64,000 bases of DNA from Bacteroidales bacterium (GTDB lineage Bacteria; Bacteroidota; Bacteroidia; Bacteroidales; UBA7960): contig DATIKH010000026.1 of the NCBI GenBank assembly GCA_035477775.1, positions 5,029-69,028 of the forward strand, written 5' to 3'. A program made the translations under genes and the position numbers. Of this stretch, positions 27,695-38,758 are shown piece by piece. The first letter of the stretch is position 1, and each line of letters begins with the position of its first letter. The notes under the pieces are model-generated. The model did not search any database and was not told the origin of the DNA. It was given only the letters and a program-made list of their open reading frames with translations.

Positions 27695-29344
27695 ATGACA
27701 AAAACACGGTTTTTTTCACTTTTGGCAGGTGTTGTCCTTCTAACAGGGTATGTTATACCGGCCAATTCATGCACCAGCGTGCTGGTCTCCAGAGGAGCAA
27801 GCGCCGACGGAAGCGTTATGATAAGTTACCTGGCCGATGCCGGAGGCTTCATGGATCCACTTAATTTTTATCCGGGTGGTATCCACCAACCCGGCGATTC
27901 GGTGGATATTATCTGCTGGCACTACGGACACTTGCTGGGTCGCATACCCCAGGTGCCTCGAACCTACCGCGTTATCGGAAACATGAACGAGCATCAGGTT
28001 GCTATTGGCGAAACCACCTTTACCGGCCGGACAGAATTGCACGACCCCAACGGGTTTATCGATTATGGCGCCATGATGTACATAACGCTTCAACGCGCAC
28101 GCACAGCACGTGAAGCAATCAAAATAATGACAGGTCTTGTGGAAGAATTTGGTTATGCCAGCACAGGTGAGTCTTTTTCGATTGCCGACAAAAACGAAGC
28201 CTGGGTTATGGAATTTATTGGGAAGGGGAAACATGGCAAAGGTGCCGTGTGGGTAGCCGCAAGAGTTCCCGAAGGTTATATGGCTGCACATGCCAACCAG
28301 GCCCGTATCCGCAAAGTAAACTGGAACGACACCGAAAACTGGATGTGGGCAGAAGATGTAGTTGATTTTGCGAGAAAAATGGGATGGTTCGACGGCCCTA
28401 AGGAGGAGTTCAGTTTTGTTGATGCCTACGCTCCGGTAACCCCACGTTCGCTCATGATATGCGAAGGACGCGTATGGAGCATTTTTAACCGTGCCGCCCC
28501 TTCACAAAATTTTTCGCCGGAATACTGGCGCGGGGTGATTGGCGCCGAGCCTTATCCGTTGTTCATAAAACCTGACAAACCCATTACCGTTCAGGATATG
28601 AAGGCCTTGGTTCGCGACCATTTTAACAACACACCTTTCTACACAGCAACCGGTTTCTCGGCAGGCCCGTTCAACAACCCTTACCGTTGGCGCCCCCTGG
28701 GATTCACCGTGGAAGGTAGCGACAAGACGTACTCCTGGCCAAGACCAATTTCGCAACCACAGACCGGTTTCTCCTTCATTTCGCAGTCGCGCAATTGGAT
28801 GCCCGACCCTGTGGGAGGAATTTTCTGGTATGGCCTCGACGATACCTATTCGAATGCCTATATGCCCCTGTATGTGGGTATGCTTCGGCCTCCCATATCG
28901 CTTAGAACCGGCAACATAGTAGAGTTTGACCTGAACTCTGCCTTCTGGGTGTTCAATCTGGTTGCCAACTATGCCTATGGCCTGTATAGCTTTATGATCC
29001 AGGATATTCAAAAGGTGCAGCGGGAGGTGGAAAGTCGTGCTCAGGCTTTGACAAAAGCTGTTGATGTGGCTGCGCAAGCTCTGTATCAGACCGATAAGGC
29101 ATTGATGCATGAATACCTTACCGAATTTAGTGTTTCCAATGCCGAAAGCACCGTCGAGCGCTGGCGACAACTGGCCTTTTACCTTATTTCGAAATACAAC
29201 GACCGCTATATCCGTACCGGCACCAGTCTAAGGCCATGGCCCGAAGGGGTTGGCTATCCGGCCGATTTCCGTAGAAGGGCAGTGGAGGACCGCCCACACA
29301 TGTACGAGGTGCGCTGGCGAAATCCAGGCGAGCCCCTGTATTAA
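27695..29344 (+). CDS. C69 family dipeptidase
   Basis: Signal peptide followed by NSCTSVLVSRGASADGSVM (nucleophile Cys directly after the signal). Length ~550 aa. Confidence 0.8.
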   Translation: MTKTRFFSLLAGVVLLTGYVIPANSCTSVLVSRGASADGSVMISYLADAGGFMDPLNFYPGGIHQPGDSVDIICWHYGHLLGRIPQVPRTYRVIGNMNEHQVAIGETTFTGRTELHDPNGFIDYGAMMYITLQRARTAREAIKIMTGLVEEFGYASTGESFSIADKNEAWVMEFIGKGKHGKGAVWVAARVPEGYMAAHANQARIRKVNWNDTENWMWAEDVVDFARKMGWFDGPKEEFSFVDAYAPVTPRSLMICEGRVWSIFNRAAPSQNFSPEYWRGVIGAEPYPLFIKPDKPITVQDMKALVRDHFNNTPFYTATGFSAGPFNNPYRWRPLGFTVEGSDKTYSWPRPISQPQTGFSFISQSRNWMPDPVGGIFWYGLDDTYSNAYMPLYVGMLRPPISLRTGNIVEFDLNSAFWVFNLVANYAYGLYSFMIQDIQKVQREVESRAQALTKAVDVAAQALYQTDKALMHEYLTEFSVSNAESTVERWRQLAFYLISKYNDRYIRTGTSLRPWPEGVGYPADFRRRAVEDRPHMYEVRWRNPGEPLY

Positions 29345-29351
29345 AGTTTGT

Positions 29352-29389
29352 CATCAGGGCGCAAGTTACTTTGCGCCCTGATGTTTTTT
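29352..29389 (+). terminator. Rho-independent terminator after the C69 dipeptidase gene
   Basis: Perfect 13-bp stem catcagggcgcaa / ttgcgccctgatg with loop gttact, followed by tttttt. Confidence 0.9.
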
Positions 29390-29409
29390 AAACATTTCCT
29401 GTACCTGAA

Positions 29410-31116
29410 ATGAACCAGAATCCGCTTCTCTCAGTTGAAAACCTCTCGGTGGAGTTTTTGTCCGACACAGGCTTGGTTAGGGCTGTGCAAAATGTCAGCT
29501 TCGACCTGCATGCCGGACAAACGCTTGGCCTGGTTGGGGAGTCGGGCTCAGGCAAATCGGTAACTGCCCTTTCGATAATGGGGCTTTTGAGCAAAACAAA
29601 TGCCCGTATCACCTCAGGCAAAATTTTGTTTCAGCACCCGCGATGGGGCCGCACCGACCTGCTCACGCTAGGCGAAGATCAAATGGGCAAGGTAAGGGGG
29701 TTATTTATCAGTATGATTTTTCAGGAACCCATGACCTCGCTGAATCCTGTAAAAAGATGCGGATTGCAGGTAGAGGAAGTGCTGCTCTGGCACGACGTTG
29801 CGAAACCAAAAGAAGCTCGAAAAAGGGTGCTGGATTTGTTCGAAGAGGTTAAACTTCCCAATCCGGAGAGGGTCTTCCGGGCATGGCCCCACGAGTTGTC
29901 GGGTGGACAGCAGCAACGTGTCATGATAGCCATGGCCATGGCCTGTAATCCTGCACTGCTCATTGCCGACGAGCCAACAACGGCTCTCGACGCCAAAGTG
30001 CAGAACAGCATTTTGGATCTTATGGCACAACTACAGCAAAAGCATTCCATGTCGATGATCTTTATCACCCACGATCTGGGAGTGGTTTCGCGCGTAGCAA
30101 GCCAGGCGGCAGTTATGCTCAACGGCAGCATCGTGGAAGCCCGACCTGTAGGTGATTTGCTTAGCAACCCGGTACATCCATATACTAAAGCCCTGATAGC
30201 TTGCAGGCCCAAGCCGGGGTTAAGGCCTTTAAGACTTGCCATCGTTTCGGATTTTGAAAACGACGATAAAAAATCTACGCTCCCCCTTTCAGAACATTCT
30301 GCCGAAAGGGCTAAAAGACATCTGTCGATTTATTCCCAAGAACCAGTGCTGCAGGTTCAGGGGCTGAAAACACACTATGTTACGAAACGCAACCTTTTCG
30401 GCAAAGCCCTGAAGCATTACGATGCCGTTGACAACCTGAGCTTTGATATGTACAGGGGCGAAACCCTTGGCTTGGTGGGTGAGTCGGGAAGCGGAAAAAC
30501 ATCCCTTGGGCGCACCCTGATGCGACTGATCGACCCTGCTGCAGGTCAGATAGTATATCAGGGAGATGACCTTACCAATATTTCGGGAAGAGCCCTCAAG
30601 AACTTTCGCCGTAAAATCCAGATCATCTTTCAGGATCCTTATTCTTCGCTCACACCGGGAGTTCAGATCGGGAAGGCCCTGATAGAACCCATGCGGGTGC
30701 ATAACATCCTGAAATCCGAGAAGGAAAGAAAAATGAAAGTTTTCGGATTACTGGAGCGGGTTGGTCTGGAAGAGCGGCATTTTTACAGGTATCCGCACGA
30801 GTTCTCAGGGGGGCAGCGGCAGCGGATTGCCATTGCCAGAGCACTGGTGTTGAATCCCGAATTCATTATTTGCGACGAACCCGTTTCGGCCTTGGATGTT
30901 TCGGTACAAGCCCAGGTCCTTAATCTGCTCAATGACCTCAAAAGAGATTTTGGCCTCACTTATTTGTTCATATCGCACGACTTGTCGATAGTCAGATATA
31001 TGTCGGACCGTATCATGGTAATGCATAATGGTAAGATGTTGGAATTGCAGGAAGCTGACCAACTCTTCGTTAATCCGGCCAATGAATATACCCGCGAATT
31101 GATAAGCTACCACTGA
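29410..31116 (+). CDS. Dual-domain ABC ATPase of the Dpp/Opp (YejF/GsiA-like) type
   Basis: Two Walker A motifs (GESGSGKS twice), two signatures (LSGGQQQR and FSGGQRQR) and two Walker B motifs (LLIADEPT and FIICDEPV). No permease or binding protein is adjacent. Confidence 0.9.
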   Translation: MNQNPLLSVENLSVEFLSDTGLVRAVQNVSFDLHAGQTLGLVGESGSGKSVTALSIMGLLSKTNARITSGKILFQHPRWGRTDLLTLGEDQMGKVRGLFISMIFQEPMTSLNPVKRCGLQVEEVLLWHDVAKPKEARKRVLDLFEEVKLPNPERVFRAWPHELSGGQQQRVMIAMAMACNPALLIADEPTTALDAKVQNSILDLMAQLQQKHSMSMIFITHDLGVVSRVASQAAVMLNGSIVEARPVGDLLSNPVHPYTKALIACRPKPGLRPLRLAIVSDFENDDKKSTLPLSEHSAERAKRHLSIYSQEPVLQVQGLKTHYVTKRNLFGKALKHYDAVDNLSFDMYRGETLGLVGESGSGKTSLGRTLMRLIDPAAGQIVYQGDDLTNISGRALKNFRRKIQIIFQDPYSSLTPGVQIGKALIEPMRVHNILKSEKERKMKVFGLLERVGLEERHFYRYPHEFSGGQRQRIAIARALVLNPEFIICDEPVSALDVSVQAQVLNLLNDLKRDFGLTYLFISHDLSIVRYMSDRIMVMHNGKMLELQEADQLFVNPANEYTRELISYH

Positions 31117-31403
31117 TATCCCAACGGCTTTTCCTGTCCAATTTTCCTGTCCTTTTAAAGGTTTTACTTATATTCAGGTTATTTACACGGGTAAAACAAC
31201 AAGTGTTTTACCCTGTATTTGTAGTACTTGCCCTGACAAAAAGGGTAATCTGTGAGACTAAATTTGAATATAACAAGGTGAAGCAACTTTTTTAACAACC
31301 ACTTATACCGAACATAAGAATTTGTTTGAATTCAGCAGCAGAGACCAACCGAACCACATTTATACACCATATAAAACCTGAAAGGTTTCTAAATCTTTAA
31401 ATC

Positions 31404-31574
31404 ATGTTGTCCGGCAAGAGTTTAAAAAAACTTGAAGAATTGGAGAAGAACAAAGAAGTAATCAATGTTCTGACATCGCGTGAGAATGATCTACTAAACC
31501 GCCTTATTAAAAGTTATAAGGAGGTAATGCTACAGGTTCCAACCAGGCAGATAAGTCAAGCACAGCAATTTTAA
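31404..31574 (+). CDS. Orphan small ORF (56 aa) in the AT-rich islet
   Basis: ATG..TAA ORF below the track cutoff: MLSGKSLKKLEELEKNKEVINVLTSRENDLLNRLIKSYKEVMLQVPTRQISQAQQF. It looks coiled-coil-like. I recognise no homolog. Confidence 0.25.
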   Translation: MLSGKSLKKLEELEKNKEVINVLTSRENDLLNRLIKSYKEVMLQVPTRQISQAQQF

Positions 31575-31593
31575 TCAAATCATTTACAAAAAG

Positions 31594-31809
31594 ATGACCT
31601 ACAGAGAATTAATTCTTAAGTTGCTTCAGAACAGGGAGGAGATTGTCTGCCTTGAGGATCACATAATGGATGATTTTAACGAAAAAAAGGCACCAAAGGA
31701 TAGCTTTTCGAATTGGTGCAACTCGAACAAGATTGTTTATAACAAGATTCAAGAGTCAGGGCCTGCAAAAATCCGGCTAAAAAAAGCAGAAGTTGCACTA
31801 AAATCCTGA
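31594..31809 (+). CDS. Orphan small ORF (71 aa) in the AT-rich islet
   Basis: ORF-track entry starting 19 nt after the previous small ORF. I recognise no family. Confidence 0.3.
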   Translation: MTYRELILKLLQNREEIVCLEDHIMDDFNEKKAPKDSFSNWCNSNKIVYNKIQESGPAKIRLKKAEVALKS

Positions 31810-31869
31810 CAAAGTAGAACAAAAAGCAACCCATGGCCAAAAGTGGCCAAACCCTCCCCTTTCCTTAAC

Positions 31870-31904
31870 TAAAAACGGCCACCCGCAACGAGTGGCCGTT
31901 TTTA
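31870..31904. terminator. Bidirectional terminator between the small ORFs and the convergent aminopeptidase gene
   Basis: aaaaa-acggccac-ccgcaacga-gtggccgt-ttttt: an A-run and a T-run flank an 8-bp GC-rich stem. Confidence 0.8.
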
Positions 31905-31923
31905 GTTTAATGACATCCAAGGA

Positions 31924-33312
31924 TTACTTTCCCATAAAATCTTCAATTTCGGCAACCGTTTTGGGGATGGGCTTACCGAGTACCCTGTAACCCGTTTCGG
32001 TAACAAGCACAACATCCTCGATGCGTATTCCCCCAAATCCTATGTATTCTCTTACTTTTTGATAATTGATGTATTCAGCAAACTTGCCTTCTTTCTCCCA
32101 TTTTTCGATAAGTGCAGGTATAAAATATATTCCGGGTTCCACGGTAACCACAAATCCGGGTCGAAGTCTTTTACCCAGACGGAGGTATGCTGTTCCAAAT
32201 AATTCCGAACGCTTTACCTCTTCGTCGTATCCCACAAAATTTTCCCCCAGGTCTTCCATGTCGTGCACATCAAGACCAATCATATGGCCAATTCCATGGG
32301 GCATAAAAAGGGCTGTTGCGGCTTGTTCGGCTGCCGATGTAATATTGCCCTTCATTAATCCCAGTTTTTTCAGGCCTTCGCCAATCTCCTGAATGGCAAG
32401 CATGTGTATTTCCTTGTACAAAATGCCTGGCCTAATGGCTTCGATTGCTTTTTGGTTTGCCCGAAGCGCTATCTCATAGACTTCCTTCTGCTTTTGACTG
32501 AATTTGCCTCCAACAGGAATGGTCCGGGTATGGTCGCTGCAATATCGCATAGGTGTTTCGGCTCCGCCATCCACAAGCAGCATGTCGCCTGATTTCAACT
32601 GATTGCTGTGGTCGTGGTTGTGAAGGATTTCGCCATGCTTGCTCAAAATTAGCGGAAAGGACAAAGTGCCTCCGCCCGACAAGGCAATACCTTCGACAGT
32701 ACCTGCGATTTCGCGCTCCAGTGCACCGTTAAGGGCCATTTTCATAGCCGTGGTATGCATCAGGTACCCGGTTTCAATGGCGCGCTCCATTTCCGCAATT
32801 TCCTGAGGTTCTTTAATTTCCCTTAGCGCTACCACTGCTTTGATCAACTCTGCGGAGGCCTGGGCTTTCTGCTGGTCCACAGGTATGCCGAGAAGTTTTT
32901 CGAGCATTAGTTTATTTTCGGCCCGGTAGGGTGGCAAATAATGCACCTTACGCCCTGATTCGAGCGCTTTCTTCACAACCTGAGCCAGGTCATTGAAGGG
33001 GAAGCTTTTCTCAATGCCTACCCGCATGGCCTTTTCGCTCACCAGAGGCTGCGGACCCATCCAGATAAGGCTGTCAAGCGAAATGTCGTTGCCAAACAGG
33101 CAATCGCATCCCTGGTCAATGTCCAATACACCAGCCATCCCCTGATAATTGAGGCCAAAGAAGTATAAATAATTACTATCCTGCCTGAAATGATACGTAT
33201 TTGCCTGGTAATTCATCGGAACATCCACGTTGCCCAAAATCAAAACGATTCCATCTTTAAGGCTTTTTCTCAGTTTTAGGCGGCGATTGATGTAGGTTTT
33301 AGCGTCAAACAT
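31924..33312 (-). CDS. M24B aminopeptidase P family protein
   Basis: AMP_N-like N-terminus (YHFRQDSNYLYF). Metal-ligand blocks DGG, HGIGHMIGLDVHD, TVEPGIY and GGIRIED. Confidence 0.85.
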   Translation of the reverse strand: MFDAKTYINRRLKLRKSLKDGIVLILGNVDVPMNYQANTYHFRQDSNYLYFFGLNYQGMAGVLDIDQGCDCLFGNDISLDSLIWMGPQPLVSEKAMRVGIEKSFPFNDLAQVVKKALESGRKVHYLPPYRAENKLMLEKLLGIPVDQQKAQASAELIKAVVALREIKEPQEIAEMERAIETGYLMHTTAMKMALNGALEREIAGTVEGIALSGGGTLSFPLILSKHGEILHNHDHSNQLKSGDMLLVDGGAETPMRYCSDHTRTIPVGGKFSQKQKEVYEIALRANQKAIEAIRPGILYKEIHMLAIQEIGEGLKKLGLMKGNITSAAEQAATALFMPHGIGHMIGLDVHDMEDLGENFVGYDEEVKRSELFGTAYLRLGKRLRPGFVVTVEPGIYFIPALIEKWEKEGKFAEYINYQKVREYIGFGGIRIEDVVLVTETGYRVLGKPIPKTVAEIEDFMGK

Positions 33313-33504
33313 GATGTTTAAATTTAAATAATTAATTTGTTGATACTTTATAATTTTTCCAGGTTCTCGAGCTGTTTTCGAAAAGTTGTCCCCGTTGTCT
33401 TGGTTATCTGGTTAGGGCTTCCTATTCCTTTGCCTTAGATGAATGAAAATCACGCCAACCATTTTAACCTGGCAACAATTACATCCCTGATAACCCGAAC
33501 CCTC

Positions 33505-34800
33505 TTACGAATTCATAATGTCCTCAATTTCCTCTACTTCAACAGGGACTTTTTCGGTAAGGTCTTTGGGGCCGTGTTCGGTAATCAGGATGTTGTTTTC
33601 GATCCGTATGCCGATACCTTCCTGCCTGATGTAAATACCCGGCTCGCACGATAGCACCATTCCCGGCCTGAAGGTCTCGAACCGGTGACCTTGATCGTGT
33701 ACATCGAGTCCCATGAAGTGGGATGTGCCGTGTGGGAAGAATTTTTTTACCACAGAATTGGCTGGGTCCTGGTTGTCGATGTCGTGTCTTGTTAGAAGCC
33801 CAAGGGCCAGCAGTTCCTGTTCCATAATTTTTAATACCTCTTTATGGAATGCGTCGATACAGGTTCCCGGAACCATCATCTCACGGGCTTTTTTCATTAC
33901 TCCAAGGCATGCATTATAAACCTGTTTCTGACGGGCCGAAAACCGCCCATTTACAGGGAAAGTCCGCGAAAGGTCGCCTGCATAATTGGCATATTCGGCA
34001 CCCGTATCGAGCAGGAGCAAATCTCCATCGCGGCACACCTGGTTGTTCATTACATAATGCAATACGCAAGCATTGGCGCCCGAAGCCACAATCGGATAGA
34101 AAGAATGGCCGGTAGCACGGTTTTTCAAATATTCGTGAAGTATCTCAGCCTCAACCTCATATTCAGCTACCCCGGGCTTTACAAAACGCAACACCCTGGT
34201 AAAGGCTTTACCTGTTATTTCAATGGCTTTTTGAATAATCTCCAACTCGGCCTGCGATTTCACCAACCGTAGCGAAGAAATTATCGGGGTAGCCCGTTGA
34301 TATTGGTGCAGCGGATATTTTCTTTTTAGCTCATGAGCGAAACGTAGATTGCGGCAGTCGGCTTCTCCTGCATAACGTGGATTTTCATTCGTGCCCAAAT
34401 AAACATGCTCGGCATACGACATGGCCTCACGAAGTATCGATTCAAACATGGAAAGCCACTCTACCCTGCTTATACCTGAAGTTAAGAAGGCCTCTTCCTT
34501 GGTATATTTATGGCCTTCCCAAATGGCAATATGCTCGTTGGTTTCGAGCAGAAAAAGCACCTCGCGCAAGGCTGGATTGGGGCTGTCGGGAAACAACATT
34601 AATATGCTTTTTTCCTGGTCGATGCCTGTCAGATAAAAAAAATCCGGATTTTGCCTGAACGGGAAGAACTGGTCGCCACTTCTTGGTTGCTCGTCGTTCG
34701 AATGAAAAACTGCCACCGAGCCTGGGAGCATCCGTCCCATAAAATTCCGACGGTTTTCTGCAAAAAGTGAGTTCGGAAGAGGTAAATATTTCATAAACAA
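33505..34800 (-). CDS. Xaa-Pro aminopeptidase (M24B), second paralog
   Basis: FPFRQNPDFFYLTG, DTGAEYANYAGD, HGTSHFMGLDVHD, SCEPGIY and IGIRIEN. Confidence 0.85.
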   Translation of the reverse strand: MFMKYLPLPNSLFAENRRNFMGRMLPGSVAVFHSNDEQPRSGDQFFPFRQNPDFFYLTGIDQEKSILMLFPDSPNPALREVLFLLETNEHIAIWEGHKYTKEEAFLTSGISRVEWLSMFESILREAMSYAEHVYLGTNENPRYAGEADCRNLRFAHELKRKYPLHQYQRATPIISSLRLVKSQAELEIIQKAIEITGKAFTRVLRFVKPGVAEYEVEAEILHEYLKNRATGHSFYPIVASGANACVLHYVMNNQVCRDGDLLLLDTGAEYANYAGDLSRTFPVNGRFSARQKQVYNACLGVMKKAREMMVPGTCIDAFHKEVLKIMEQELLALGLLTRHDIDNQDPANSVVKKFFPHGTSHFMGLDVHDQGHRFETFRPGMVLSCEPGIYIRQEGIGIRIENNILITEHGPKDLTEKVPVEVEEIEDIMNS

Positions 34801-34972
34801 TCATTTTTAAAGCAAAGTAACTTTTGAAATCTACAGCAGTATTTCTTTTTTTCGGCCTGTTATGATATCCGTCTGCAAATGTCAACCCGGATACGATATT
34901 ACAGGCAACCTTAAAGAATGTTCACGAGCTAAAATTAGCAGTAATTTATGGAGTTTTCAAATAACCAAAACC

Positions 34973-35004
34973 TTTGCAAAAAAGAAACCATTACCCTACA
35001 TTTG
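34973..35004 (+). promoter_or_regulatory. Candidate -33 TTTG / -7 TAnnTTTG promoter for sdhCAB
   Basis: TTTG at 34973..34976 and TACATTTG at 34997..35004, with a 20-nt spacer. It is about 160 nt upstream of the sdhC start, so it would give a long leader. Confidence 0.3.
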
Positions 35005-35165
35005 CCTTTCAAGGTTGCTGAAATTCGCCACGCAGGCAAAACTGTTAAAAAAAAACCACCGGTTCTGAAAAACTCAGGAATACAACCACTGCGCCAAAAA
35101 CCAGAACATTTGACTGATAAAGTAGCAGGATGGCTTTAGGTCTTTAACTTCTTAACTTGATCCGA

Positions 35166-35834
35166 ATGAAAACTCCCATTTTTAAATTGTCATCGCTCAG
35201 CCACAAATATATCGTAGCGCTGGCAGGAGCATTTCTGATGACGTTTTTGGTGGTACACCTAACCATTAATCTTTTGATGCTCACGGGCGACCGGCAGGCT
35301 TTCGACCAGGCTGTAAATTTCCTCAGCGCAAATCCTTTCATAAATATTATGGAGTATGTATTGTTTGCTGGTTTTCTGATTCATATTTTGCTCGGAGTGG
35401 TGGTTTGGTTAAAAAGCAGGTGGGCCCGTCCGGTAAAATATTATGTTGCCCAAACTTCCGGCACTTCTCCGTTTTCGAAATTCATGATCCACAGTGGATT
35501 CATTATACTGATATTTTTATTGCTCCATTTTTACCATTTCTTTTTTATAAACATTGGTTTGGTAGCCATTCCACCCCACGCCCTCGACCAATACGATTTT
35601 TATTCTATGGCTGTGTACCTTTTCAGACAACCCCTGCCATCATTGAGTTATCTGGTATCGTTTGTGTTTTTGGGGTTTCACCTGTATCACGGTTTTCAGT
35701 CAGCCTTTCAGACCTTCGGTTTGAATCACCCCAAATACGTTAACATAATCAGGTTGGCAGGAGCCGCTTATGCGTTGGCTGTAAGTATTGGCTTCAGTGT
35801 TATACCTGTTTATTTCATGTTTTTTTACGATTGA
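35166..35834 (+). CDS. sdhC: Succinate dehydrogenase / fumarate reductase cytochrome b subunit (Bacteroidota type)
   Basis: Five predicted TM helices with conserved His residues. It is directly upstream of the flavoprotein and Fe-S subunits. ATG at 35166. Confidence 0.8.
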   Translation: MKTPIFKLSSLSHKYIVALAGAFLMTFLVVHLTINLLMLTGDRQAFDQAVNFLSANPFINIMEYVLFAGFLIHILLGVVVWLKSRWARPVKYYVAQTSGTSPFSKFMIHSGFIILIFLLLHFYHFFFINIGLVAIPPHALDQYDFYSMAVYLFRQPLPSLSYLVSFVFLGFHLYHGFQSAFQTFGLNHPKYVNIIRLAGAAYALAVSIGFSVIPVYFMFFYD

Positions 35835-35859
35835 ATTGCCTCCGAAATTATACGCAGTC

Positions 35860-37779
35860 ATGATACACCTTGATCCAAAAATCCCTGAAGGCCCCCTGGC
35901 CTCAAAATGGAGTCGGCATAAAGATGGGCTAAGGCTCGTAAATCCGGCAAACAAAAAGAAGTTGGAAGTCATTGTAGTTGGGACCGGACTGGCCGGTGCC
36001 TCAGCTGCATCGGCCCTGGGCGAACAGGGTTATAAAGTGAAAGTGTTCTGCTTTCAGGACTCTCCCCGAAGGGCGCATTCAGTAGCAGCCCAGGGGGGAA
36101 TCAATGCCGCAAAAAACTATAAAAACGACGGAGACTCAGTTTACAGGCTTTTTCTTGATATGATCAAGGGGGGCGATTACCGTTCGCGCGAGGCAAATGT
36201 GTACCGGTCGGCTGAGGTAAGCAATCTGGTGATCGACCATTTTTCGGCCCTGGGGGTGCCCTTTGCCCGTGATTATGGCGGGACTTTAGACAATCGTTCC
36301 TTTGGGGGAGTTCAGGTATCGCGGACATTCTATGCCAAAGGTCAAACCGGCCAGCAATGCCTGCTTGGAGCATACTCCTCCCTCAACAGGCAAATTGCCA
36401 AAGGCACCGTTACCATGTTTCCCCGAAGGGATATGCTCGAACTGGTTTTGGTGGATGGAAAGGCCAGGGGAATAATTACCCGCAACCTGGTTTCGGGTGA
36501 GTTGGAGCGGCATGGCGCCCATGCCGTAGTGCTTGCTACCGGCGGATACGGCACGGTGTTTTACCTTTCAACCCTTGCTCTTGGCAGCAATGCATCGGCC
36601 GCCTGGGCCTCGTATAAAAAAGGCGCCCTGTTTGCCAACCCAAGTTTCATACAGATACATCCCACAAGCATTCCTGTACTCAATGATTACCAGAGCAAAC
36701 TCACCCTGATGTCGGAATCGTTGCGCAACGATGGACGGGTTTGGGTGCCAAAGCAAAAGGGTGATACTCGTCATCCAAATGCCATTCCTGAAGAGGAGCG
36801 CGATTATTATCTGGAGCGTCGCTACCCGGCCTTCGGCAACCTGGTGCCGCGCGACGTGGCTTCCAGGGCAGCCAAAGAACGTTGCGATGCCGGTTTCGGT
36901 GTTGGCGAAACCGGATTGTCGGTTTATCTCGACTTTAAAGATGCCATTTCCAAACAGGGAAGAAAGGCCATAGAGGAAAAGTATGGCAACCTTTTCGAAA
37001 TGTATCAGAAATTAACCGGCGACAATCCATACAACCAACCCATGCGCATTTACCCTGCCGGGCATTATACCATGGGGGGGCTTTGGGTGGATTACAACCT
37101 GATGACCACCATTCATGGGCTGTTTGCCATTGGAGAGAGCAACTTCTCCGATCATGGAGCCAACCGCCTTGGTGCCAGTTCGCTGATGCAATGTGCCGCC
37201 GACGGATATTTTATCCTGCCATATACCATAGCAGATTATCTCGCCGGCGAAATACGCACACCCATTACAAACACCTCAGGTTCAGAATTCGTAAATGCCG
37301 AAAACGCAGCCAGCGAACGCGTAAAACGTCTTTTGGCCATCAACGGGAACCAAACTGTATCATCATTTCACAAACGCCTGGGCAAAATCCTGTGGGACTA
37401 CTGTGGCATGGTGCGCAATGCCGAAGGTCTGAAAAAAGGGCTTGAAATGATGGCACAACTGCAGGAGGAATTTTGGAGGGATGTGAAGGTTCCAGGCAGC
37501 AATCCTGAAATAAACCCGGAACTTGAAAAAGCCCTAAGAGTTGCCGACTTCTTTGAAGTGGGAAAACTGATGATGTTGGACGCCCTGGAGCGGAACGAAT
37601 CATGCGGTGCACATTTTCGGGAAGAGCACCAAACTCCTTCAGGTGAAGCAAAAAGAAACGACAGCCAGTATGCTTATGTGGCTGCATGGCAATACCAGGG
37701 AGAAGAGAAAAATCCCGGCCTCCACAAAGAACCTCTGACCTTCGAGGCCGTTGAACTCAAAGAAAGGAATTACGCTTAA
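35860..37779 (+). CDS. sdhA: Succinate dehydrogenase / fumarate reductase flavoprotein subunit
   Basis: [25 protein letters not shown] (FAD His region), HPT and GGLWVD. The ATG at 35860 is preferred over the overlapping upstream start. Confidence 0.93.
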   Translation: MIHLDPKIPEGPLASKWSRHKDGLRLVNPANKKKLEVIVVGTGLAGASAASALGEQGYKVKVFCFQDSPRRAHSVAAQGGINAAKNYKNDGDSVYRLFLDMIKGGDYRSREANVYRSAEVSNLVIDHFSALGVPFARDYGGTLDNRSFGGVQVSRTFYAKGQTGQQCLLGAYSSLNRQIAKGTVTMFPRRDMLELVLVDGKARGIITRNLVSGELERHGAHAVVLATGGYGTVFYLSTLALGSNASAAWASYKKGALFANPSFIQIHPTSIPVLNDYQSKLTLMSESLRNDGRVWVPKQKGDTRHPNAIPEEERDYYLERRYPAFGNLVPRDVASRAAKERCDAGFGVGETGLSVYLDFKDAISKQGRKAIEEKYGNLFEMYQKLTGDNPYNQPMRIYPAGHYTMGGLWVDYNLMTTIHGLFAIGESNFSDHGANRLGASSLMQCAADGYFILPYTIADYLAGEIRTPITNTSGSEFVNAENAASERVKRLLAINGNQTVSSFHKRLGKILWDYCGMVRNAEGLKKGLEMMAQLQEEFWRDVKVPGSNPEINPELEKALRVADFFEVGKLMMLDALERNESCGAHFREEHQTPSGEAKRNDSQYAYVAAWQYQGEEKNPGLHKEPLTFEAVELKERNYA

Positions 37780-37798
37780 TGCTTAAAAAATAGAAACC

Positions 37799-38566
37799 AT
37801 GGATATTAAGCTGAAAATTTGGAGGCAGAAAAATGCTGCTTCAAAAGGCAAATTCGAAAACTATGAGTTAAAGGATGTTTCGCCCGAAATGTCGTTTCTG
37901 GAGATGCTCGATTACCTGAACCAAACCCTGATACAAAAAGGCCTCGACCCGGTAACCTTCGAACACGATTGCCGCGAAGGCATTTGCGGAGCCTGCGGAC
38001 TGTACATCAACGGGCGACCACACGGGCCACTCACACATACCACCACCTGCGAGTTGCACCTGCGCGAATTTAAGCACGGCGATACCATAGTGGTAGAACC
38101 CTGGCGCTCGAAAGCCTTCCCGGTGCTGAAAGACCTTTCGGTTGACCGCAGCGCATTCGACAAAATCATGCTGGCAGGAGGTTTTGTTAATGTCGATACA
38201 GGAGGGGCACCGGAGGCCAACAGCATTCTCATAAACAAAACCATATCCGACCAGGCATTCGATGCGGCTGTATGTATTGGTTGCGGCGCCTGCGTAGCTG
38301 CCTGTAAAAATTCATCGGCCATGCTGTTTGTGGCTGCTAAAATTTCGCAGTTTGGCCTGATGCCACAGGGCAAAGTAGAGGCTTCTGAACGGGTTCTACG
38401 TATGGTCGAAAAAATGGACGAACTGGGATTTGGCTACTGTTCCAACACCTATGCGTGCGAATTTGATTGCCCCAAAGGAATACCTGTTGAATTTATTGCC
38501 CGCATGAACCGCGAATTCCTTTTTTCCAAATTGTGCTCCCATGGTTCAAGGCAGGTAAATTGTTAA
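37799..38566 (+). CDS. sdhB: Succinate dehydrogenase / fumarate reductase iron-sulfur subunit
   Basis: 2Fe-2S motif [10 protein letters not shown], and cluster motifs [11 protein letters not shown] and C..C..C.. in the C-terminal half. Confidence 0.92.
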   Translation: MDIKLKIWRQKNAASKGKFENYELKDVSPEMSFLEMLDYLNQTLIQKGLDPVTFEHDCREGICGACGLYINGRPHGPLTHTTTCELHLREFKHGDTIVVEPWRSKAFPVLKDLSVDRSAFDKIMLAGGFVNVDTGGAPEANSILINKTISDQAFDAAVCIGCGACVAACKNSSAMLFVAAKISQFGLMPQGKVEASERVLRMVEKMDELGFGYCSNTYACEFDCPKGIPVEFIARMNREFLFSKLCSHGSRQVNC

Positions 38567-38579
38567 AAATAATTAAAAA

Positions 38580-38610
38580 AGCATTAAACGACTGTTTAGT
38601 GCTTTTTTTG
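38580..38610 (+). terminator. Rho-independent terminator after sdhB
   Basis: Stem agcattaaac / gtttagtgct (one G-U pair) with loop gact, followed by ttttttt. Confidence 0.75.
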
Positions 38611-38692
38611 TATTTTATTACATTCTGTAACAATTCTAGGGGTGTTTGTCGATGTTTTTAAATTGACTTTTTTGAATTTTTTACCCTAAACC

Positions 38693-38723
38693 TGAAAATA
38701 TATTCATATATTTACTACATTTG
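38693..38723 (+). promoter_or_regulatory. Candidate ArsR-type operator abutting a -7 box
   Basis: The AT-rich dyad tgaaaatatattcatatattt (TGAA..TTCA core; aaatata / tatattt arms) is immediately followed by TACATTTG (38716..38723), 36 nt before the ArsR-family ATG. Confidence 0.3.
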
Positions 38724-38758
38724 TAATAAATCTGCATTAACTTAAAAATTTTTGAATT

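Noticed and set aside
34862-35139. Two ~65-aa ORFs in the spacer upstream of sdhC.
   Set aside because: They overlap each other in different frames, are Lys-rich and low-complexity, and cover the candidate sdh promoter. They are more likely leader or promoter DNA.
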